Assembly: GCA_964249205.1 (NCBI GenBank)
Contig: CAXUBA010000002.1
Coordinates: 20,824-76,467 of the forward strand
Direction of reading: 5' to 3'
DNA: 55,644 bases
DNA from: an uncultured Acetobacteraceae bacterium
GTDB lineage: Bacteria; Pseudomonadota; Alphaproteobacteria; Acetobacterales; Acetobacteraceae
Shown here: in pieces, positions 26,829 to 35,886 of the stretch
Layout of the letters: every line of letters starts with the position of its first letter
How positions within the stretch are numbered: position 1 is the stretch's first letter
The notes under the pieces: model-generated
The model's input: only the letters and a program-made list of their open reading frames with translations
The model's database searches: none
Told to the model about the DNA's origin: nothing
Program-made: the position numbers and the translations under genes

Positions 26829-27095
26829 ATGAGCGACGCCCTTGACCTGGAGCACCTCCGCGCACTTCGGGCGGACATCACGGCGTTCCATGCCGACAGG
26901 GGAAGCCGAATAGATGATTTAGACGTCCGCCTGACCCTCCTCGATCGCATAATCGGTCGGCTGACGCTCGAAATGGACGAGGAGGCGGTCAGAAACTCGA
27001 TGGTGAAAGAGCGTCTTGAGAGCCTCACAGGACGCATCGAGAGACTGGCGAAGGCCTCTTTGAGCGCGTTCCGAACTAAACGAGCGGTTCTGTAA
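26829..27095 (+). CDS. Hypothetical 88-aa coiled-coil protein
   Basis: Heptad-like, charged sequence (LEHLRALRADITAFH...LESLTGRIERLAKASL). There is no SD, but a TAGAAT -10 element ends 6 nt before the ATG, so the mRNA may be leaderless. Confidence 0.4.
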   Translation: MSDALDLEHLRALRADITAFHADRGSRIDDLDVRLTLLDRIIGRLTLEMDEEAVRNSMVKERLESLTGRIERLAKASLSAFRTKRAVL

Positions 27096-27180
27096 GCCGG
27101 AAGATAACCGGACAGTCGGATGGATGTCCGTCCGATGGCCAGATGGCGAACCAGGAACATCGGAGAGAAGGAGCCAGACG

Positions 27181-28521
27181 ATGAACAGGCCAAGGGCCGT
27201 CCTTCTCGCCACCCTCGTCGGCACCGCCAGTTCGCCATCCCTGGCGGCGCCGAAACCCTGCACGCCGCACGGCGCTTCGGTCCCGGCCAGCGCCAACACC
27301 ACCCAACCATCGGCGCCCTTCTTCATCCAAACCGCGGGGCTCGACCTCCGCACCAAGCCGCCGACACGAGATCCGCACAACGCCGCCTACCCGCCCGCAA
27401 CCGAGCTTCCCGACGGCACGCTGCCCTCGCCGGGAGCCGATGGAAACTTCATCATCGGCCCGACCCACGCTCCGGCGCCCGAAAGCGTGGTCCGCGACGG
27501 CATTCCGCACGGAACGATCCGGTCCTTCACCATGACCGCCGCCGACAGCCTCATCTATCGACCCGGCGTAGTCCGCGACGACGCCGGTGGTTGTCCGAAC
27601 GAGGCGATCAACACCGCCGTGACGGCGCCCGGTGACCCGTCGAACCTCATCGTCACCGCAAGTCACGCCGGCAATTGGACCCGGCAGGTCGACGTCTACG
27701 TGCCCGCGGAACTCGCTCCCGGCACCGTGGCTCCTTTCATCGTCTTCGGCGACGGCGGCCCGGCCGGCTTCTTCCACGAGCACGTGTTCTTCACCATCCT
27801 CGACAACATGATCGCGGCGCACCGCTTGCCGCCGATGGTCGCGATCGGCATCGGCGCCGGCGGCCAGGACGCGCAAGGTTCCGAGCGTGGCCGCGAATAC
27901 GATGCTGTTTCGGGCCTCTACGCCGAATGGGTGGAGCACGAGGTCCTGCCAGTCGTCGAGCAGACCGCCGGCGTTCGCCTCACCACCGACCCGGACGCTC
28001 GCGCCACTATGGGCTTCAGCTCCAGCGGCTCTGCTGCCTTCACCATGGCGTGGTTCCACCCGGAGCTTTACCACCGCGTGCTCGCCTACTCGCCGACCAT
28101 GGTGAACCAGCAATGGCCGCACGATCCCGCGTTGCCCGGCGGAGCCTGGGAGTTCCACGACCGTTGGCCTGGCCCAGTGACGCCGGAGCTGGCCGTCAGC
28201 GGGAAATCCGTGACCTCGTCGGACTTGCCCACCGGCTCTCCCCTGATCCCGAACAGTCCGACGAAGCCGATCCGCTTCTGGTTCGAGTGTGGCGATCGTG
28301 ATCTCTTCTATTACGTTCCCGCTATGGCGGATGGGATGCACGACTGGACGCTGGCTGACGAGCGCACCGCCGCGGTGCTCGCCCCGAAGGGCTATCACTA
28401 CCAGTTCGTCTTCGCTCGCAACGCCGCGCACGTCGACAACCCGACCGAGGCTCAGACCCTCCCCGAAGCCCTTGAGTGGCTTTGGAAGGGTTACCCAACA
28501 GAGGCTCCAGAAAGCCCGTAG
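27181..28521 (+). CDS. Secreted alpha/beta-hydrolase (esterase D / enterochelin-esterase-like)
   Basis: The ATG at 27181 is preceded by AAGGAG. Signal peptide MNRPRAVLLATLVGTASSPSLAAP. Contains WTRQVDVYVPAEL, a nucleophile elbow GFSSSGSAA and a late AHVD. Confidence 0.75.
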   Translation: MNRPRAVLLATLVGTASSPSLAAPKPCTPHGASVPASANTTQPSAPFFIQTAGLDLRTKPPTRDPHNAAYPPATELPDGTLPSPGADGNFIIGPTHAPAPESVVRDGIPHGTIRSFTMTAADSLIYRPGVVRDDAGGCPNEAINTAVTAPGDPSNLIVTASHAGNWTRQVDVYVPAELAPGTVAPFIVFGDGGPAGFFHEHVFFTILDNMIAAHRLPPMVAIGIGAGGQDAQGSERGREYDAVSGLYAEWVEHEVLPVVEQTAGVRLTTDPDARATMGFSSSGSAAFTMAWFHPELYHRVLAYSPTMVNQQWPHDPALPGGAWEFHDRWPGPVTPELAVSGKSVTSSDLPTGSPLIPNSPTKPIRFWFECGDRDLFYYVPAMADGMHDWTLADERTAAVLAPKGYHYQFVFARNAAHVDNPTEAQTLPEALEWLWKGYPTEAPESP

Positions 28522-28641
28522 CGCACGGCGACCCGACGTTCGGTCGTGACGCGGCGAACTGCCTTCGATGTCGTCGCCTCGGCCGGGTTGACGACCGTCC
28601 GTCCGGAAAGATGAAAGTGGCCTCGAAGATGGAAGGCTGTC

Positions 28642-28841
28642 TCAATTCGGCCTGAATGGAAGTTTGGCGTCGCGCACGTAGGCGAGGAAGTCGCGCCGCA
28701 GATCGGTGGTGCGGAACAGTTCTCCCTCGTGGAAGACGTAGCCTCCTTCACGACGAGCTTCAGGCCGTTTCCGGCGACATATTGGCCGGGTCCAGCGGTT
28801 CGCACGCGAGCTGCTGAGAGCGATGTCGCACGACGCGGCAC
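28642..28841 (-). pseudogene. Remnant of a tyrosine-integrase N-terminus (DUF4102-like arm-binding region)
   Basis: The minus frame reads LSAARVRTAGPGQYVAGNGLKLVVKE (compare LTxxxVxxAKPGxYxDGxGLYLxV in P4-type integrases). The frame then breaks, and no catalytic domain follows. It lies about 140 nt from the tRNA-Ser 3' end. Confidence 0.4.
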
Positions 28842-28980
28842 GGGTAAGATCCCTTTGCGCTCCCCTCCTTAGGCTGAACGCCGGGAACGCCCTGTGGACG
28901 TCCAATCGACGCAAGTCGTTGCCAACGTCGGGACTAGATTCGCCTAATGGGACGTTCGGGATTGGTCAGGGATGGCGTTC

Positions 28981-29073
28981 TGGCGGAGGGGATGGGATTC
29001 GAACCCACGGTAGTGGTTTACCCACTACAACGGTTTAGCAAACCGCCGCCTTCAGCCACTCGGCCACCCCTCC
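28981..29073 (-). tRNA. tRNA-Ser (anticodon GCU)
   Basis: I folded the reverse complement by hand. Acceptor GGAGGGG/CCCCTCC, anticodon loop TTGCTAA, long variable arm, T-loop GGTTCGAATCC, encoded CCA. 93 nt. Confidence 0.9.
28982..28994. repeat. Direct repeat copy B: GGCGGAGGGGATG (inside tRNA-Ser)
   Basis: See copy A at 23079-23091. Confidence 0.6.
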
Positions 29074-29282
29074 GCCGAGAGATGCGAAACGACACGGCGT
29101 TTGCATCAGCGTTCTAGGCGGCGCGATCGGCGACGTCAAACCGGCGCCGCTTCGGGACACGGCGCGCCAAGGCGGCGTTTGGCGGAACTACGTTCGCCGT
29201 GCGCCTGCAGCGCGATCGATACGCGCGCGAACGCTCGAGGCTGTCCTGCTCCCCGGACGACCCTGCACGACGTGCCCGAACG

Positions 29283-30746
29283 TCAGTCGAGCGCCTTCCG
29301 GAGTGCCTCGTTGACTAGGGCCGGATTGCCCTTGCCGCCCATGGACTTCATGACTTGGCCGACGAAGAAGCCGAACAGCTTGTCCTTGCCGCCGCGATAT
29401 TCGCCTAGCTTGTCCGGATGCGAGGCCAGGACTGTCGCCACCGCCTCGTCGATCGCGCCGGTGTCGGTGACCTGCCGCAGCCCTTTCCGCTCGACGACGC
29501 GGCCGGCCGTCTCGCCGGTCGCGACCATCTCCTCGAAGACGTCCTTGGCGATCTTGCCGTTGATCGTCCGGTCCGCCATGAGGTCCAGCAGACCAGCGAG
29601 TGATCGGGCGGACACGGGGCTCCGCGTGATGTCGAGGCCGGATTTGTTCAGAACCGCGAACAGGTCGCCGATCACCCAGTTCGCCGCAAGCTTGGCGTCG
29701 CGGCCGTGCGCCACTTCCTCGTAGAAGGCGGCCACGGCGGATTCGGCGACAAGCACCGCGGCATCGTAGGGGGGAATGCCGTAATCGCGAACGAAACGCG
29801 CCCGCTTCGCGTCGGGAAGTTCGGGCAACGCCGCGCGGAGGTCCTCGATCCACGAACGTTCGAGGACCAGCGGCGGGAGATCGGGATCCGGAAAGTAGCG
29901 GTAGTCGTGCGCGTCCTCCTTCGAGCGGAGCGAGCGGGTCTCGCCGCGCGCGGGATCGAACAGCCGGGTTTCCTGGTCGACCGTGCCGCCGCGTTCCCAC
30001 ACCGCGACCTGACGCCGCGCCTCGACCTCGATCGCCTGCATGACGAAGCGGATCGAGTTCACGTTCTTGATCTCGCAGCGGGTGCGGAAGGGTTCGCCGT
30101 GGCGGCGGACGGACACGTTGACGTCGGCTCGGAGCGATCCTTCGTCCATGTTGCCGTCGCACGTACCGAGATAGCGGAGGATGGTCCGAAGCTTCCGGAC
30201 ATAGGCGCCGGCTTCTTCGGCACTCCGCATGTCCGGCTCGCTGACGATCTCCATCAGCGCCACGCCGGCGCGATTGAGGTCGATGAAGGTGCGGCTCGGA
30301 TCCTGGTCGTGCAGCGACTTGCCGGCATCCTGTTCGAGATGGAGCCTCGTCACGCCGACGGTCCGCGTGGATCCGTCGGCGAGCTCGATCTCGATTGCGC
30401 CGGCGCCGACGATCGGGTGAGCGAACTGGCTGATCTGATAGCCGGATGGTAGATCGGCGTAGAAATAGTTCTTCCGATCGAAGCGGCTGACCTCGTTCAC
30501 ATGCGCGTTGAGGCCGAGCCCGGTGCGGACCGCCTGGGCCACGCACTCCCGGTTGATCACCGGAAGCATGCCCGGGAAAGCCGCGTCGACGAAGCTCACC
30601 TGCGTGTTCGGCTCCGCGCCGAACGCGGTCGCCGCGCCGGAAAAGAGCTTCGCGCGGCTGACGACCTGCGCGTGGACCTCCAGACCGATCACCATCTCCC
30701 AGGATCCGGTCTCGCCCTCGATCGTGTGCACGGCGGCGTCGCTCAT
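29283..30746 (-). CDS. gatB: Asp/Glu-tRNA amidotransferase subunit B
   Basis: Contains [25 protein letters not shown] and LHLEQDAGK. The ATG overlaps the gatA stop (ATGA). Confidence 0.95.
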   Translation of the reverse strand: MSDAAVHTIEGETGSWEMVIGLEVHAQVVSRAKLFSGAATAFGAEPNTQVSFVDAAFPGMLPVINRECVAQAVRTGLGLNAHVNEVSRFDRKNYFYADLPSGYQISQFAHPIVGAGAIEIELADGSTRTVGVTRLHLEQDAGKSLHDQDPSRTFIDLNRAGVALMEIVSEPDMRSAEEAGAYVRKLRTILRYLGTCDGNMDEGSLRADVNVSVRRHGEPFRTRCEIKNVNSIRFVMQAIEVEARRQVAVWERGGTVDQETRLFDPARGETRSLRSKEDAHDYRYFPDPDLPPLVLERSWIEDLRAALPELPDAKRARFVRDYGIPPYDAAVLVAESAVAAFYEEVAHGRDAKLAANWVIGDLFAVLNKSGLDITRSPVSARSLAGLLDLMADRTINGKIAKDVFEEMVATGETAGRVVERKGLRQVTDTGAIDEAVATVLASHPDKLGEYRGGKDKLFGFFVGQVMKSMGGKGNPALVNEALRKALD

Positions 30747-32248
30747 GCGCGGAGATCCGGCAGAGCCTCGAAAGCGGCCGCGCGCTCGAGCGCGTGGCCG
30801 ACCGCGACGATCGTTTCCTCGTCGAACGGCCGGCCGATGACCTGGAGACCAAGCGGCAGGCCTTGCGGATCGAGGCCGGCGGGCAGCGAAAGCGCGGGCA
30901 CGCCGGCCATGCTTGCCGGCACGGTGAACACGTCGTTCAGATACATCGTCACCGGGTCGTCCATCCTCTCCCCCTGCGCGAAGGCGGCAGTCGGCGCGGT
31001 CGGCGTCAGCAGCGCGTCGACCTCGCGGAAGGCCTCGGTGAAGTCGCGAAGGATCAGCGCTCGCACCTTCTGGGCACGCAGATAGTAGGCATCGTAGTAG
31101 CCGGAAGACAGCACGTGCGTCCCGATAAGGATGCGGCGCTTGACCTCGGCGCCGAACCCGCTCGCGCGCGTGTTGCCGTAGAGCGTTGCGAGATCGTCGC
31201 CCGCCTCGCGCATCGTGAAGCGCACGCCGTCGTAGCGGGCGAGGTTCGAGGAACATTCGGCGGGCGCGACGATGTAGTAGGTCGCGAGCCCATAGCGCGT
31301 GTGCGGCAGCGAGACGTCGACGACGGTCGCGCCGGCGTCCCGCAGCCACCTGATGCCGTCCGACCAGAGGCGCTCGATCGCGGCCGACATGCCGTCGATC
31401 CGGTACTCGCGCGGGATGCCGATCCGGAGGCCGCGCATGGATCGTCCGCAGGCGGCCGCGAAGTCGGGCACGGCGACGTCGGCGCTCGTGCTGTCGCGCG
31501 GGTCGTATCCGGCCATCGAACCGAGCAGGATCGCGCAATCCTCGATGGTCCGCGCGAGCGGCCCCGCCTGGTCGAGCGAGGATGCGAAGGCGACGATGCC
31601 GTAGCGCGAGCACCGACCGTAGGTCGGCTTGATGCCGGCGATGCCGCAGAATGAGGCGGACTGACGGATCGAACCGCCGGTGTCCGTCGCGGTCGCGGCG
31701 CGCCCGCGGCGCGCGGCGATCGCGGCGGCCGAGCCGCCGGACGCGCCGCCCGGCACCAAGCGCGCGAAGCCGTCGCCGACGCCGTCGAAGCCGCCCCGAT
31801 TGTCGCCGTGCCGGCGCCATGGATTGGTGACGGCACCAAAGGCGGACGTCATGTTGGACGACCCCATCGCGAACTCGTCGAGATTGGTCTTGCCGAGGAA
31901 GACGGCGCCGTCGGCGAGGAGCTTCGCCGTGACGGTGCTCTCGTATGGCGGGATGAAATCGGCGAGCATCCGGCTTGCCGCGGTGGTGCGTACGCCCTCG
32001 GTACAGAAGAGATCCTTGATCGCGATCGGCAGGCCGGTGAGCGGACCGTGCTCGCCGCGGCCGAGCGCCGCATCGGCGCGCTCGGCCGCGGCACGCGCCG
32101 CGTCGCCGGTCACCGTGATGAAGCTGTTCAGCACTCCATCAAGCCGCTCGATCGCGTCGAGATGCGCGTCGGTCAGTTCGCGCGCGCCGATACGACGGTG
32201 TCGGAGTGCGTCGCGCGCCGACGCGAGCGTGAGATCGGTCGGGCTCAT
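30743..32248 (-). CDS. gatA: Asp/Glu-tRNA amidotransferase subunit A
   Basis: Amidase signature [13 protein letters not shown]; also [15 protein letters not shown]. Confidence 0.95.
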   Translation of the reverse strand: MSPTDLTLASARDALRHRRIGARELTDAHLDAIERLDGVLNSFITVTGDAARAAAERADAALGRGEHGPLTGLPIAIKDLFCTEGVRTTAASRMLADFIPPYESTVTAKLLADGAVFLGKTNLDEFAMGSSNMTSAFGAVTNPWRRHGDNRGGFDGVGDGFARLVPGGASGGSAAAIAARRGRAATATDTGGSIRQSASFCGIAGIKPTYGRCSRYGIVAFASSLDQAGPLARTIEDCAILLGSMAGYDPRDSTSADVAVPDFAAACGRSMRGLRIGIPREYRIDGMSAAIERLWSDGIRWLRDAGATVVDVSLPHTRYGLATYYIVAPAECSSNLARYDGVRFTMREAGDDLATLYGNTRASGFGAEVKRRILIGTHVLSSGYYDAYYLRAQKVRALILRDFTEAFREVDALLTPTAPTAAFAQGERMDDPVTMYLNDVFTVPASMAGVPALSLPAGLDPQGLPLGLQVIGRPFDEETIVAVGHALERAAAFEALPDLRA

Positions 32249-32532
32249 TCGACGACCTTAGGCACGGCGAAGAAGCCACGTGCGCGATCCGGCGCATTGC
32301 TGAGCAGGGCGTCGCGGCGGTCGGGCTCGGTGACGACGTCGTCGCGCATGGCGAGCGCCATCTCCCGCGCGCCAGTCATCGGCTCCACGCCTTCGACATC
32401 GATCTCGTTGAGCTGCTCCACCCAGCCGATGATCGCGCCAAGTTCGCCCGCGAGTGCCGCGACCTCGGCGTCGCTCACGCGGATGCGCGCGAGATGGGCG
32501 ATGCGTTTCACGGTCGCGGCGTCGAGCGACAT
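32245..32532 (-). CDS. gatC: Asp/Glu-tRNA amidotransferase subunit C
   Basis: 95 aa. Contains [16 protein letters not shown]...[13 protein letters not shown]. It overlaps the gatA start by 4 nt. Confidence 0.9.
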   Translation of the reverse strand: MSLDAATVKRIAHLARIRVSDAEVAALAGELGAIIGWVEQLNEIDVEGVEPMTGAREMALAMRDDVVTEPDRRDALLSNAPDRARGFFAVPKVVE

Positions 32533-32640
32533 CGAAGGGCCTCAAATTGCTTGTGCGGCAGGTCTACGCATGGAGCCGAACTCGTTCAATGGCGCGCGGA
32601 CGGCTGGCTTCGGGGCGCCGTGCGGGACCATAACGTCGTC

Positions 32641-33123
32641 ATGGCACTCATCACCCTGCCCGAGCTCGCCCCGGTGGTTCGACGCGGAGAGCGACTTCTC
32701 GGCATCGACCCCGGACGGAAGCGGATCGGCCTTGCGCTGTCCGATGTCGGCCTCGCGGTCGCCTCCCCGTTTGGCACGCTCGCGCGCGGCAAGTTCGCGC
32801 CGATCGTCGACACGATCCGCGGGATCGCGCGCGCGGAGCATGTCGGCGGGTTGATCGTCGGGCTGCCGCTTTCGATGGACGGCGCCTTCGGCCCGGCCGC
32901 GCAGGCTGCGCGCGACTGGGGCCGCGACCTGTCGGAGGCGACGGGCCTCGCGGCGGTGATGTGGGACGAGCGGCTGTCGTCCCAGGCGGTCAACCGCTTC
33001 CTGATCGATCGCGCCGACCTCGGCCGCAGCAAGCGCGCCGCGGTGGTCGACCGCGCGAGTGCTGCCTGGATCCTGCAGGGCGCGCTCGACGCAATGCGCG
33101 CCGGACTGTTCGAGCCGACGTGA
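32641..33123 (+). CDS. ruvX: Holliday-junction resolvase-like nuclease RuvX (YqgF)
   Basis: Contains LLGIDPGRKRIGLALSD, LIVGLPLSMDG and WDERLSS. I used the internal ATG at 32641. Confidence 0.85.
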   Translation: MALITLPELAPVVRRGERLLGIDPGRKRIGLALSDVGLAVASPFGTLARGKFAPIVDTIRGIARAEHVGGLIVGLPLSMDGAFGPAAQAARDWGRDLSEATGLAAVMWDERLSSQAVNRFLIDRADLGRSKRAAVVDRASAAWILQGALDAMRAGLFEPT

Positions 33124-33689
33124 CGGGCGCCGACACCGATCTCCGGATGCGGCTCCGGACGGAAACCGCGCCGGCGCACCGGGCGATCGAGGAGATGCTC
33201 GATCTGCGACGCAAGCTCTCCGACCGCGACCAGGTCCTTCGGGTGCTGTGCAGCCTCCGCGGCTTCTTCGCGCCTGCCGAGGACGCGCTCGAAGGCGCGC
33301 TCGGTGTCGCGGTGATGGCCGGGCGGCACCGCGTCCCGGCGATCGACGCCGACCTTCGTGCGCTCGACCTCGACGCCACCGCGATCCGGGCTCTGCCCTC
33401 CTGCCCGGCGGCCGGCCGGAGCCGGTCGCGCGCGGCGGCGCTCGGAACGCTCTACGTGCTGGAGGGCACCAGGCTCGGCGGCCGGATCATCGCACGTGCC
33501 CTGTCCCGCGAAAGCTGGGTCCCGACCGGGTTCTCGCGCTTCTGGTCGGATCGGGCGGATGCGGACGGACACTGGCAGAGCTACCTCGCTCTCCTTCCGG
33601 ACGAGCGGGAACCCGACGCGGTGATCGACGGCGCGCGGGAAACGTTCGAGGCGCTCCGAACGTGGTTCTTGCCGAAGAACCGCCCGTAG
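33120..33689 (+). CDS. Heme-oxygenase-like protein (BphO-type)
   Basis: The GTG at 33120 overlaps the ruvX stop (GTGA). Contains LRTETAPAHRAIEE and GTLYVLEGTRLGGRIIAR (compare GxLYVLEGSxLGG). Confidence 0.65.
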   Translation: MTGADTDLRMRLRTETAPAHRAIEEMLDLRRKLSDRDQVLRVLCSLRGFFAPAEDALEGALGVAVMAGRHRVPAIDADLRALDLDATAIRALPSCPAAGRSRSRAAALGTLYVLEGTRLGGRIIARALSRESWVPTGFSRFWSDRADADGHWQSYLALLPDEREPDAVIDGARETFEALRTWFLPKNRP

Positions 33690-33785
33690 ACGTCGCGGGA
33701 CCAGCGCCCCGACAAGTTTCCACGCCGGAGGGGTTGCGCGAAACCGAACGGTTTCATAGAGATCCCGCCGCGGAACTTCTGTTCC

Positions 33786-33860
<75 letters not shown>

Positions 33861-33918
33861 TCCGCGGCATGACGCCGTGCGTGCATGACAGACGGCACGA
33901 GTCGGCCGAGGACGGCGG

Positions 33919-34797
33919 ATGGATCTTCCTCATCCTCGCGACGCATGGAACGGGTCAGCACCAGTCGTGGTCCGGCCGTCTGTCCCGGGCGTTCCACCGA
34001 CGCCGCTGGTCTTGGCCTCGCCGCATTCCGGACGCGACTACGGGGCCGACTTCGTGAACGCATCGCGGCTCGACCTCGCCGCGCTGCGTCAGAACGAAGA
34101 CAGTCTGGTCGACGAGCTCCTGACGGACGCACCGGCGCTTGGCGTCCCGCTGGTGGCCGCACGTTTCCCGCGGGTGTTCTGCGACGCCAACCGGGAGCGT
34201 TGGGAACTCGATCCGGACATGTTCTCAGACCCGCTGCCGCCGTGGTGCAACACCAGGACATCGAGGGTCGCCGCCGGCTACGGGACCATTCCGCGCATTG
34301 TCGGGAGCGGTGAACGGATCCACCGGCGCAAACTTCGCTTCGAAGAGGCCCGTCTGCGGATCGAGACCTGCTGGGAGCCGTACCATCGCGTGCTCGAGGA
34401 CCTGATCGAGACGACGGTGGCGCGCGAGGGTGCGTGCCTCCTGCTCGACTGCCATTCCATGCCGGCCGAGCGGACCGGCCATCCGGCGGACTTCGTTCTC
34501 GGCGACAATCACGGGACTTCTTGCGCCCCTGCGGTGACCGACCGGATCGAGGCTTTCCTTGCCGCCGGCGGCGCGCAGGTGAGACGAAACAACCCGTACT
34601 CCGGCGGCTTCGTGACGCAACACTACGGACGACCCGGAGCCGGCGTGCACGTCCTGCAACTCGAGATCTCGCGCGACCTCTACCTCGACGAAACGACGCG
34701 TGAGCGGCAAGATGGCTTCGAAGCCCTCAGGGTCCGTCTTCGCGATCTGGTCGAAATGCTGGTAAGCGGCGGCGGTGTCCTCCGCGCAATCCCCTGA
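33919..34797 (+). CDS. N-formylglutamate amidohydrolase family protein
   Basis: Contains LASPHSGRDY, RVFCDANRE and LLLDCHSMP, which are typical FGase motifs. Confidence 0.8.
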   Translation: MDLPHPRDAWNGSAPVVVRPSVPGVPPTPLVLASPHSGRDYGADFVNASRLDLAALRQNEDSLVDELLTDAPALGVPLVAARFPRVFCDANRERWELDPDMFSDPLPPWCNTRTSRVAAGYGTIPRIVGSGERIHRRKLRFEEARLRIETCWEPYHRVLEDLIETTVAREGACLLLDCHSMPAERTGHPADFVLGDNHGTSCAPAVTDRIEAFLAAGGAQVRRNNPYSGGFVTQHYGRPGAGVHVLQLEISRDLYLDETTRERQDGFEALRVRLRDLVEMLVSGGGVLRAIP

Positions 34798-34800
34798 GCC

Positions 34801-34828
34801 AAAAAAAAGGCGGTGCCGAAGCACCGCC
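34801..34828 (-). terminator. Intrinsic terminator oriented for the minus strand
   Basis: 8-bp GC stem with a UUCG tetraloop, followed by eight T residues on the minus strand. On the plus strand it is followed only by AAGTTTAG. Confidence 0.75.
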
Positions 34829-34879
34829 AAGTTTAGGGAGGAAACGTCCAAGATGCGCCGCGGCCAAAGCGGCGGCGCG
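34801..34879 (-). ncRNA. Candidate trans-acting sRNA (~79 nt) with an unpaired CCUCCC motif
   Basis: A minus-strand promoter lies upstream. The predicted RNA has a 5' hairpin GCGCCGC-N10-GCGGCGC, a single-stranded AUCUUGGACGUUUCCUCCCUAAACUU, then GGCGGUGC-UUCG-GCACCGCC-U8. Confidence 0.45.
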
Positions 34880-34885
34880 ACACAG

Positions 34886-34915
34886 ATCTTATCGATGGCC
34901 GGCTCCGACCGTCAA
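34886..34915 (-). promoter_or_regulatory. Sigma-70-like promoter for the candidate sRNA
   Basis: TTGACG (34915-34910), 18-nt spacer, TAAGAT (34891-34886). Confidence 0.4.
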
Positions 34916-34996
34916 CGCTTTTTTGCGTTGCACAAAGACGCGACGGCCATGGAAGCGTTCACGAGATCGTAAGCCGCCTCGCCCATTCTCCGAGGC

Positions 34997-35827
34997 ATGA
35001 AGGCTTCGCTGTTCCGCGCCATCATGCTGGCGGTCGCGCTCACCGGCTCCGTTCGCGCGATCGGGGCGGAAGCCGGCCCTTTCGCCGGCACAGACCACGT
35101 GTTGTGCGACATGGCGACCAGCCAGGCGGAGCGCGAGACCGGCGTTCCGAACGAGTTGCTGACCGCGATCAGTCGGGTGGAAACGGGTCACCGTGATCCC
35201 GATTCCGGGGCGACGGTGGCTTGGCCGTGGACCATCGACGTCGAGGGTCGCGGGCACTTCTACCGCAGCAAGGACGAGGCGATCGCCGCGGTGCGAACCT
35301 TCCAGGCGGGCGGCGCTCGGTCGATCGATGTCGGATGCATGCAGGTCAATCTCATGCAGCATCCGGACGCCTTCGCTTCGCTCGATGACGCGTTCGATCC
35401 GCGCACCAACGCGCTCTGGGGCGCCCGCTTCCTGACCGGCCTGTTCCATCAGACCGGCAGTTGGCCGCATGCCGCCGCCGCGTATCACTCGATGACGCCG
35501 GAGATCGGCGCCGACTACCAGGAGCAGGTCCTTCGCATGTGGGCCGAAGGAAACGGCCCACCCGCCGGTCGCGCCGATCATGCCACCGGCTCCGCCGGGA
35601 ACGTCTCGGTGGCGACGGCGTCGGGCGCGCCCGGCGGCTCAAGCGGCGGGTCGGGCGGATCCCCGTTCGGCGCCGATCGCGCCCCCGTCGTCGCGTCTCG
35701 CTACGGCCCAACCAACGCAGGCAGGAGCGAAGGCGGAAGCGGCGGACGAAGCCTTGCCGCCTATCGCGCCATGCCGATCGCGCTCGCGAGCCGCTCGCCC
35801 TTCCCGACCCGCTTCCGCGGGAGTTGA
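34997..35827 (+). CDS. Lytic transglycosylase domain protein (exported)
   Basis: Signal peptide [24 protein letters not shown]. Contains [11 protein letters not shown] (catalytic Glu), DVGCMQVN and AAAAYHS. Confidence 0.8.
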   Translation: MKASLFRAIMLAVALTGSVRAIGAEAGPFAGTDHVLCDMATSQAERETGVPNELLTAISRVETGHRDPDSGATVAWPWTIDVEGRGHFYRSKDEAIAAVRTFQAGGARSIDVGCMQVNLMQHPDAFASLDDAFDPRTNALWGARFLTGLFHQTGSWPHAAAAYHSMTPEIGADYQEQVLRMWAEGNGPPAGRADHATGSAGNVSVATASGAPGGSSGGSGGSPFGADRAPVVASRYGPTNAGRSEGGSGGRSLAAYRAMPIALASRSPFPTRFRGS

Positions 35828-35886
35828 TAAAGCAAACTCTTCTCTGCATATCGCGCGGCGAGAGCCTGGCAAGGGGATGCGACGCG

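Larger units (their letters stand above)
23079..28994. mobile_element. Decayed genomic islet integrated at tRNA-Ser(GCU)
   Basis: Bounded by a 13-nt direct repeat identical to the tRNA 3' end. An integrase N-terminal remnant lies next to the tRNA. GC drops visibly at 23280-24000 and 26500-27120. It contains pseudogenes. Confidence 0.45.

Noticed and set aside
34853-34972. 39-codon plus-strand ORF (MRRGQSGGATQILSMAGSDRQRFFALHKDATAMEAFTRS), preceded by GGGAGG with a spacer of about 11 nt.
   Set aside because: I have not fully rejected this. It is the alternative reading of the sRNA locus. I disfavour it because it uses several rare codons (TTA, AGA, TTT) and because the minus-strand promoter and U8 terminator would then be unexplained.
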